Below, piece by piece: positions 1-6,856 of a stretch of 58,596 nt of DNA; position 1 is the stretch's first letter; each line of letters opens with the position of its first letter. The position numbers were made by a program, and so were the translations under genes. Where the stretch lies: positions 1-58,596 of the IMG/VR virus record IMGVR_UViG_3300012942_000006; one strand, 5' to 3'. Under the pieces are notes generated by a model. That model saw only the letters and a list, made by a program, of their open reading frames with translations, did no database searches and was not told where the DNA came from. This DNA is from a virus. Its lineage: Duplodnaviria > Caudoviricetes.

Positions 1-123
1 ACGACAAGAGTTTCGGCTTCTTCAAGCGCCCCGCAAAGGCGGTGATCATCAAGTGATCGACTTCGAGATTAGATGTCCGGAATGCGGAGTAGACGCGTCT
101 CGCCTTCCACCATGCCTGGTGTG
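1..123. repeat. terminal direct repeat (identical to 58474..58596); probably an assembly circularisation overlap
   Basis: First 123 nt match the last 123 nt; the last ORF reads through the junction. Confidence 0.95.
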
Positions 124-178
124 TGGCTACATATATGGATGCTGCCCCTGCGTACATGAGGAGGGATGGACGAAGTGA
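53..178 (+). CDS. small Cys-rich (zinc-binding) protein, 41 aa
   Basis: Manual translation MIDFEIRCPECGVDASRLPPCLVCGYIYGCCPCVH...; GTGA overlap with the upstream stop. Confidence 0.55.
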   Translation: MIDFEIRCPECGVDASRLPPCLVCGYIYGCCPCVHEEGWTK

Positions 179-333
179 AGCGCGGACAAGTCGTCAAGGA
201 TATCTACGACAATCACTACATCATTCTCGCGATCCTCAACGATGATCGCGTTCGTGTCGAGGCGGTCGCAACACGCGAGGTCTTCATCGTTCCAGCATCT
301 GAACTAGCACCTAGCGACCGAGTGGCATTCTGA
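166..333 (+). CDS. hypothetical protein, 55 aa
   Basis: Manual ORF MDEVKRGQVVKDIYDNHYIIL... (alternative start GTG 175 after GAGGAGG); TGATG coupling to the next ORF. Confidence 0.55.
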   Translation: MDEVKRGQVVKDIYDNHYIILAILNDDRVRVEAVATREVFIVPASELAPSDRVAF

Positions 334-527
334 TGAGTCGAGGCTCATACATCGGCGACGCATACGTCTCTAAGCTGGGGCGGGTTCACATCTTCCACGA
401 CACCGACTCGACTCAGCACTTCCAATATCTCGCAATTAGCTCCGATCGCCAGGGTAGAATCAACCGATCCAATGTTGTGTTCGTGAAGCGAAAGAAGAAG
501 AATGCAGATCGTCCTGCACAAGACTGA
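333..527 (+). CDS. hypothetical protein
   Basis: ORF track; coupled to both neighbours. Confidence 0.45.
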   Translation: MSRGSYIGDAYVSKLGRVHIFHDTDSTQHFQYLAISSDRQGRINRSNVVFVKRKKKNADRPAQD

Positions 528-2385
528 CAGGCGAATCATCCTGTCGGCCCCATGGCGCGAGGACATGGCTGGGATGGCGAAGCAGACAGCTGGAGCTACC
601 TGGTCCAAGGTCAACAAGACATGGAGCTATCCCCTCACTATGGCTACTCTGCGGTCGCTCCGTGCAAGTTTCGGAGACGACCTGGCGCCAGACGCCGAGG
701 TTGTCGCCTGGGCATCAGCTCAGCGCTCACAGGAACGTGCGCTCAAGCGACTTTCTGTCCGAGATGATGCCCGGCTGAGGGTCGTTCCATTTCTCAGCCC
801 TACGCTGGCCGTAGCGATGGCGAACCGTACATACCAGCGGGTCGGTGCGCGCTTCGGCGCTGTGGCAGGATCGTTCCTGCTCGCAGACGAACCCGGTCTC
901 GGGAAGACCGCGACAGCGCTCGGTGCTATCATGGAGAGCGGTGACTGGGATCGGGACCATCTCGTCATTGCGCCGAAGGTCTCGCTTGATTCTGTCTGGC
1001 GCAGACAGATCGGCATGTGGATGCCGTTCGCTCAGGCTATCGCAGTCCCGGAGGGCAAGGCGCGTCGCGAGAAGGCTCTCAAGGAGTTCTGGGAACTGGA
1101 CACGCCACGCTTCCTCGTGATCAACCCTGCGATGATCAGACGGAAGTACGGCCACTACTGCAAGAAGTGCGATCACTGGCAGGAGGACAAGAAGCGCGCT
1201 CCGAAGAAGCACTGGATGGAAGACCATCGGTACAAGCGAGCGATCATGTCAGAGGACTGGCCAGACATCCTCAATCACGATTGGGGAACGGTCATCCTGG
1301 ACGAGAGCCACGATCTGTTAGCAGGATACAAGCCTGCGAACATCACGCAGCAGACGGCGGGTCTCCTCGATCTCCGCAGCGAGCATCGTTACGCACTCAC
1401 TGGCACTCCGCTGCGCGGGCACGAGACGAAGCTTTGGGGCACGCTCGACTGGCTCGGACACAAGACTGGAGGCTACTGGCAGTGGGCCGACCAGTATTTC
1501 GAGATCAGCTCGAACGGCTTCGGTAAGGAGATTCATGGCCTCGATCCGAATCGAGCAAAGTCGTTCTACATGACACTGGACCGGTTCGTTCTCCGCAGGA
1601 CGCGTAGCGAGGTTCGACCCGACCTCCCGTCTGGTCAGCGCCAGACCGTCGTGCTCGAGATGTCCGACTCGCATAAGAAGCAGTACGACGAGTTTGCTGC
1701 TATGGGCGAGACGGAACTTGAGTCGGGGATCATGGAGTCGCTCGGTACTCTGTCCGAGCTGACGCGCCTGAAGCAGATGGCCTACGGAACGTGGCGCTCA
1801 GTTGGAGGCCGACTTGTCCCGGCAGGAGAGTCGGAGAAGCGCGACTGGATCCTACAGTGGCTGCGCGAACGCGGCGTGACTGGCGACAGCAAGACATCCT
1901 GGCTGCCGGAAGCAGGCGAGGGGTACAAGTACGTCATCGCTAGCCAGTCGACGGCGATCATAGATGCCCTGGAGAAGGATCTCAACGACAAGCACATCGC
2001 TACGCTCAAGATCACCGGCGACGTCTCTGGTAAGCGACGCACAGGCGTCCAGAACCAGTTTCAGTCGACAGACACATCGGTACGCGTACTGCTGATCCAG
2101 ACGGTCACCGGAGGAGTCTCGATCGAGCTGGACGCCTGGTGCGACGAGATGGTCGTGCTGGACCAGACATGGATCGCCGACGACCAGACGCAGCTAGAGG
2201 GCAGGATCAACAACAGGTCTGGACGAGTAGCTCCGCGCACCTGGTGGTACTTGGTCATGGCCGATACGATCGAGGAGACCATCGCAGAGGGCAACTGGAT
2301 GCAGAACGACATCCAGCACAAGCTCCTAGACAAGCGACGCGGAGTAGAGTTTGCGTTGCATTTGATACGAGGGGATGCCCGATGA
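502..2385 (+). CDS. SNF2/SF2 DNA helicase
   Basis: LLADEPGLGKT (motif I), ILDESH (II), LTGTP (III), QLEGRINNR (VI). Confidence 0.92.
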   Translation: MQIVLHKTDRRIILSAPWREDMAGMAKQTAGATWSKVNKTWSYPLTMATLRSLRASFGDDLAPDAEVVAWASAQRSQERALKRLSVRDDARLRVVPFLSPTLAVAMANRTYQRVGARFGAVAGSFLLADEPGLGKTATALGAIMESGDWDRDHLVIAPKVSLDSVWRRQIGMWMPFAQAIAVPEGKARREKALKEFWELDTPRFLVINPAMIRRKYGHYCKKCDHWQEDKKRAPKKHWMEDHRYKRAIMSEDWPDILNHDWGTVILDESHDLLAGYKPANITQQTAGLLDLRSEHRYALTGTPLRGHETKLWGTLDWLGHKTGGYWQWADQYFEISSNGFGKEIHGLDPNRAKSFYMTLDRFVLRRTRSEVRPDLPSGQRQTVVLEMSDSHKKQYDEFAAMGETELESGIMESLGTLSELTRLKQMAYGTWRSVGGRLVPAGESEKRDWILQWLRERGVTGDSKTSWLPEAGEGYKYVIASQSTAIIDALEKDLNDKHIATLKITGDVSGKRRTGVQNQFQSTDTSVRVLLIQTVTGGVSIELDAWCDEMVVLDQTWIADDQTQLEGRINNRSGRVAPRTWWYLVMADTIEETIAEGNWMQNDIQHKLLDKRRGVEFALHLIRGDAR

Positions 2386-2621
2386 ACATTGCAGTTATGG
2401 CTGTGGTAACAGTCATGGTCGGATTCGCAGGAGCACTCTTCGGCCATTACCTGGCGATGCGCCTGGTACGCCGGAAGCAAGAGGAGGATCTCAGATTCCG
2501 TCGAGCTCGCTTAAGAGAGTCTGCGCACAACGTGTCCGCCCTGGCAGCGGAAGAGCAAGATCGTCCGAGGGCTCGCAACTCACGTGCGCACCTCACTCGA
2601 CCGAGAGTCCGCAAAAAGTAG
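2382..2621 (+). CDS. small membrane protein
   Basis: ATGA overlap; N-terminal hydrophobic helix followed by a basic tail. Confidence 0.6.
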   Translation: MNIAVMAVVTVMVGFAGALFGHYLAMRLVRRKQEEDLRFRRARLRESAHNVSALAAEEQDRPRARNSRAHLTRPRVRKK

Positions 2622-2641
2622 AAAGAAACTTGGAAGAAAGT

Positions 2642-2670
2642 TTGCTTTTGCCTCCGGCATAGAGTAGACT
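2642..2670 (+). promoter_or_regulatory. SigA-type promoter
   Basis: TTGCTT-17 bp-TAGACT with an A-rich upstream tract, ahead of ORF 2733. Confidence 0.7.
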
Positions 2671-2732
2671 CTCTTCTGCAATCCGAGGCGACTTGCCTCC
2701 AAATCAACAAACACCAAGGAAATGGAGTTATC

Positions 2733-3245
2733 ATGGCTGCCAAGACCGACCAGGCTGGACGTCGAGTCAAGAAGGCTGGCGAGCCGCCTCTGGCGCGCTA
2801 CGCGGAGAAGGACATCACGCCCGTGATGTCGGACTACGTCGAGTGGCTCAAGGAGCAGACGGGATACGAGGTGGACCCGCTGTCCGTCCAGCTGTCCGGC
2901 GTTCTGCGCGGAACCTTCCAGAAGTCCGACTTCAACCAGAAGCGCATCGCGGATCGGAAGGCTGCTGCCGAGGCCGAGGCCGAGGCCAAGGCTCAGCGCG
3001 CTGCTGAGCGGGCCGAGCGTCGTGCTGCTCGTGAGGCCGATGCGAGCGAGAAGGCTGCAGCTCCCAAGTCTGCGAAGTCGGCTCCGCAGAAGGCAGCTGC
3101 CAAGCCTGCTGCCGCAGCGAAGAAGGCTGCGCCGACCAAGCCGGCATCGAAGGCTCCTGCGAAGCGCTCTGCTCCTGCGAAGCCTGCCACGACTCGCCGT
3201 CGTCCGACGGCCGCATCGTCCAAGGAGACCGAAGCCGATTTCTGA
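2733..3245 (+). CDS. putative DNA-binding protein with Ala/Lys/Pro-rich histone-like tail
   Basis: Globular N-terminus, helical linker, tail such as KAAAKPAAAAKKAAPTK; own promoter and terminator. Confidence 0.7.
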   Translation: MAAKTDQAGRRVKKAGEPPLARYAEKDITPVMSDYVEWLKEQTGYEVDPLSVQLSGVLRGTFQKSDFNQKRIADRKAAAEAEAEAKAQRAAERAERRAAREADASEKAAAPKSAKSAPQKAAAKPAAAAKKAAPTKPASKAPAKRSAPAKPATTRRRPTAASSKETEADF

Positions 3246-3249
3246 CATG

Positions 3250-3283
3250 AGTGGGGAGGTTGCTTTCTGAGCGCCTCCCCACT
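3250..3283 (+). terminator. stem-loop terminator
   Basis: AGTGGGGAGG...CCTCCCCACT hairpin right after the stop codon. Confidence 0.6.
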
Positions 3284-3309
3284 TCTCATTCTCGAGAAGG
3301 AGAACACTC

Positions 3310-4437
3310 ATGTTGGAGATGAGGACGAGCGAACGAAAGTCGCTCAAGACCTGTCCGCAGCAGTGGTATTGGTCTACGGTCGAAGGACTCCGGACTCCGC
3401 GCTCTCGCACAGCGCTTTGGTTCGGCTCCGCCGTTCACGAGGCGCTAGCATCCTGGTACATCCCCGGTACGAAGCGCGGAGCGCATCCTGCGGAGACATT
3501 CGTCAGGGTGCTCGATGGCCAGCGTTCTGTCCTCGTTACCAACGACGAGGATGAGATCGAGTATGTCAACTCTCACGAGCTGGGGGTCGACATGCTCAAT
3601 CGGTACGTGGAACACTACGGAGCGGAAGAGTGGAAGGAGTACATCTCGGCTGAATACGTCGGCAACGTTACGTTCGCCCGGCACAAGCGCGAGATGTTCG
3701 GAACGACCCTCTCTCCGCGCAAGCAATGGCTGCGGTATCACTTCACCGCAGACGGGGTCTACAGAGATCTCAGAACAGACGAGCTATGGCTCGATGAACA
3801 CAAGACAGCTGCGTCGATCTGGAGTGACTTGCTTCCGCTCGACGACCAGGCTGGCTCCTACTGGGCGATCGTTCCGACGATTCTACGTCGCAAGGGTCTC
3901 CTGCGCGACGACGAAGAGATCGCTGGCATCACGTACAACTTCTTGCGTAAGGCGATGGGCGACACTCGTCCATTCATCTTGCATGAGAACGGCGCGAAGA
4001 TGTACACGAACAAGCCAAACAAGAAGGAGCACTATGTCAACGCCATATCGGCGGCTGACAGATCTGTGTTCACGACGTTGACCGGCAAAGAGACGCTCGC
4101 ACAGCTTCAAGGGATAGCTGAGCGCCTGGGGATCGAAGTTCACGGAGACATCAGCGCAAGCCAGCCTCCGCCCTACTTCGAACGCTTTCCGGTCTATCGT
4201 AGCGTTGGGGAACGCGCCAGGATGCTCGAGCGAATCCGCGACGAGGCTCTCTTCGCAGAGGCCTATCGCAACGGTGATCTTCCGATCGTCAAGTCGCCAG
4301 GCCTCAACTGTCGCGGATGTGACTTCCGTCGCATGTGCGAGATGGACGAGGGCGGAGATCAGCTGTCGGTGGAGGAGTTCAAGGAGACGCAGTACATCGT
4401 AGTCGACGCGTATGAGGCTTACAGGGAGCATGTGTAG
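3310..4437 (+). CDS. Cas4/RecB-like PD-(D/E)xK exonuclease
   Basis: N-terminal CPQQW, GSAVHEAL, D...DEHKT catalytic motif, C-terminal CxxCxxxxxC (Fe-S type). Confidence 0.85.
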   Translation: MLEMRTSERKSLKTCPQQWYWSTVEGLRTPRSRTALWFGSAVHEALASWYIPGTKRGAHPAETFVRVLDGQRSVLVTNDEDEIEYVNSHELGVDMLNRYVEHYGAEEWKEYISAEYVGNVTFARHKREMFGTTLSPRKQWLRYHFTADGVYRDLRTDELWLDEHKTAASIWSDLLPLDDQAGSYWAIVPTILRRKGLLRDDEEIAGITYNFLRKAMGDTRPFILHENGAKMYTNKPNKKEHYVNAISAADRSVFTTLTGKETLAQLQGIAERLGIEVHGDISASQPPPYFERFPVYRSVGERARMLERIRDEALFAEAYRNGDLPIVKSPGLNCRGCDFRRMCEMDEGGDQLSVEEFKETQYIVVDAYEAYREHV

Positions 4438-4604
4438 TGAAGAGCATTCTCGATGCCGCTCCTGATGAGCTGGCTGCAGTCAAGAAGCGAACAATTCGGT
4501 CTCTGGCCATGGGCCAGATCGCCGAGGAAGACTGTGACTACATCAACAGTCACATCGACGCCATTCTGAAGAGAGTGGCGGAGCTGAAGGAAGGAGACAA
4601 GTGA
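4437..4604 (+). CDS. hypothetical protein, 55 aa
   Basis: Manual ORF MKSILDAAPDELAAVKKR... filling the gap, overlapping both neighbours. Confidence 0.65.
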   Translation: MKSILDAAPDELAAVKKRTIRSLAMGQIAEEDCDYINSHIDAILKRVAELKEGDK

Positions 4605-5419
4605 CCAATCCCAATATCCGAGATGTTGGAGTCGAGACCAGCAAGCATCGGCATTTCCTGCTATGCGCAGGGCCAGGATTCGGCAAGACCGTGTTCTTCG
4701 GAACCGGCGGACCGAAGACCCTGTTCCTGACGACAGACAAGGAGGGCACGCTATCAGCCGCCATGATGGGCTCCAAGAGTAAGGAGTGGCCCATCAACAA
4801 GTGGGAGGATCTCGTAGATGCGTACAAGTATCTGCGCGATGGAGGTCTGAAGGCGGATGGCTGGGAGTGGGTCGTCATCGACAATGTCTCGGAAGCGGAG
4901 GAGCTTGCCAAGTGGGGCAACATCGCCCGAGAGCATTCCCTCAAGCCGACGACGGTCGATGAATTCGTCCCGACGCAGGGGAACTATCAGAGGACGCAGA
5001 ACATGCTTCTGATGATGGTGAAGCAGTTCCTCGACCTTCCTGTCAGTGTTGGATTCACGGCCTGGATCGAGACCAACGAGGACAACGAAGGCAATGAGTA
5101 CTACGCCCCGGCCATCCACGGTCAGAAGGGCGCCATCGCCCAGATGATCGCTGGATACATGAACATCGTCGGCTATGGAGAAGTTGTCCGAGGCGACGAC
5201 GACAAGGAGCACAGGCGAATCTGGTTCTCACAGCACGGTCCATTCAAGGGAAAGGATCGCTACATCGCGCTGGGGAACTTCAAGACAGACCTCACGCTCC
5301 CGAAGATGGACGAGATCATCGACGCGAAGCTCTCTCAGCGCGTCGGCAAGTCCGCCACAACCACCGCAAGAAAGCCTGGCGCCGTTCGGCGTCCAGCAAC
5401 AACAAGGAAGAAGGCATAA
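4601..5419 (+). CDS. AAA/RecA-like ATPase (Sak4-type recombinase)
   Basis: Walker A AGPGFGKT, Walker B VVIDN, C-terminal KDR; lies between the exonuclease and the SSB-like gene. Confidence 0.85.
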   Translation: MTNPNIRDVGVETSKHRHFLLCAGPGFGKTVFFGTGGPKTLFLTTDKEGTLSAAMMGSKSKEWPINKWEDLVDAYKYLRDGGLKADGWEWVVIDNVSEAEELAKWGNIAREHSLKPTTVDEFVPTQGNYQRTQNMLLMMVKQFLDLPVSVGFTAWIETNEDNEGNEYYAPAIHGQKGAIAQMIAGYMNIVGYGEVVRGDDDKEHRRIWFSQHGPFKGKDRYIALGNFKTDLTLPKMDEIIDAKLSQRVGKSATTTARKPGAVRRPATTRKKA

Positions 5420-6399
5420 TGCCCAGCATCAAGCGCTCTGGCGTCAAGTCCCGCGAGGTCAAGACCGGATTCGAGGCCTACGACGGTCCGGAACCGAACA
5501 AGCGCGGAGTCTACCGCTCTCGCATCGTGCAGTTCAACTACAAGCAGTTCCGTTCCGGGGCAACCGGATACGCGATCCTGCTTGAGCTGGAGGCTCAGAA
5601 GGGAGATCCGAAGGGACACGCGCAGTACGACGGCTATCCGATCTGGACCAACATCGTATTCGGCGACAAGGAGGCGATGATCACTCGCGAGGAGAACCTG
5701 AACGCGGCACTCGGAGTGAAGGACGAGCCGAACGTCGTGTTCGAGGACGGCAACATCGAGTCAGGTGTGAAGGTGAAGACGATCGGCGGGAAGAATCCGA
5801 TCGGAGCCATCGTCAATGCCGACATCAAGATGGGATCCTTCGAAGGGAATCCGCGTCCGGAGGTCGACAGCATCTTCAAGGTGCGCGAGATCGACTCCAA
5901 GGTTTCCAAGGCTGTCGTCTCCGAGGAAGAGCCGGAGGAAGAGGATGAGGAGGGTTCGGACGAGATGTCGTACGACGACCGCCTCACAGAGCTGAAGTCG
6001 TCTTCGATCGGAGATCTACGCCGGATCGCCGAGGAGGACTATGACCTCGAGATCAAGGGGCTGAAGAAGGTCGACCTGGTCCAGGCTATCCTCGATGAGG
6101 AGTTCCCGCCTGAGGACGAAGAAGACGACGAGGAGCCGGAGGACGAGGCCGAAGACGAAGAAGACGACGAGGCCGAGGACGACGAGGACGATGATGATGA
6201 GGAGGACGACGAGGAGGACGAGCGTGCAGAGCGCGAGGCCGAGCTGTCGGAGCTGACTCGCATCCAGCTCAAGTCTGCTCTCCGCAAGGTCGATCCGGAC
6301 TTCACAGTCAAGAAGTCGCACACAGAGCAGAATCTGGTCCAGGCGATTCTGGATGCAGAGTTCGGACCCGAGGACGAGGATGAAGAGACTCCGTTCTAG
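5419..6399 (+). CDS. ssDNA-binding-like protein with acidic tail and two HeH/Rho-N-like repeats
   Basis: Position after the Sak4-like ATPase; very acidic C-half ending in PF; repeated LVQAILD.EF. Confidence 0.6.
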   Translation: MPSIKRSGVKSREVKTGFEAYDGPEPNKRGVYRSRIVQFNYKQFRSGATGYAILLELEAQKGDPKGHAQYDGYPIWTNIVFGDKEAMITREENLNAALGVKDEPNVVFEDGNIESGVKVKTIGGKNPIGAIVNADIKMGSFEGNPRPEVDSIFKVREIDSKVSKAVVSEEEPEEEDEEGSDEMSYDDRLTELKSSSIGDLRRIAEEDYDLEIKGLKKVDLVQAILDEEFPPEDEEDDEEPEDEAEDEEDDEAEDDEDDDDEEDDEEDERAEREAELSELTRIQLKSALRKVDPDFTVKKSHTEQNLVQAILDAEFGPEDEDEETPF

Positions 6400-6452
6400 G
6401 CCCTCAGCCAGCAATCGGTCCTAGCGCTCAGCGAGCGCCTGCGTAACGAGAG

Positions 6453-6490
6453 AAGGGGCTGGGGTGGGTGAAATCCTACCCTGGCCCCTT
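6453..6490 (+). terminator. stem-loop terminator
   Basis: AAGGGGCTGGGGTGGG-loop-CCTACCCTGGCCCCTT; G-U pairs favour the + strand. Confidence 0.65.
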
Positions 6491-6564
6491 CCGACGCTTT
6501 ACACGGGCGCGTAGCGTCTTCGGACAGAACAGCCGACCGGCTGCGCCCGGACCACTAGCGGTAA

Positions 6565-6812
6565 AACGCACCACAATAAACACAATCGTCACACAATATG
6601 GGGCTCATCCTTCCTCATTCGCCCACAATAATGAGGGAACGACCTGAGAATGAGCCACAATAATGAGCAAATATTGTGGGGAATGAGGTGGCTGTCTGTC
6701 TGCGTGGCAGGCGGTAGACTTGTTCGGCTCGGCTGTCCCCAGGACCGAACCATCAGAGTAGGACAGTAACTGAGAAGAAGAAGAGAGATTCTCCTCTCTC
6801 CTCTCCTATATA
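6565..6812. repeat. iteron-like non-coding element, copy 1 (candidate replication origin)
   Basis: Multiple CACAAT(A), CCTCATTC/GAATGAG and AG-rich tracts; homologous to 29020..29265. Confidence 0.75.
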
Positions 6813-6856
6813 GCCCTCTGCAACAGAAAGGCGAACCATGAATCAGCAGGTGTGCA

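Noticed and set aside
1-123. 123-bp terminal repeat as a biological direct terminal repeat
   Set aside because: It cuts through coding sequence and looks like an assembler overlap; the true termini need read data
3310-4437. Cas4-like gene as evidence of a CRISPR system
   Set aside because: No repeat-spacer array or other cas genes were seen; the context is a recombination module. The GGAAGGACC repeats are dispersed, not regularly spaced
6100-6230. GAC/GAG trinucleotide-rich tract
   Set aside because: It simply encodes the acidic linker of the SSB-like protein
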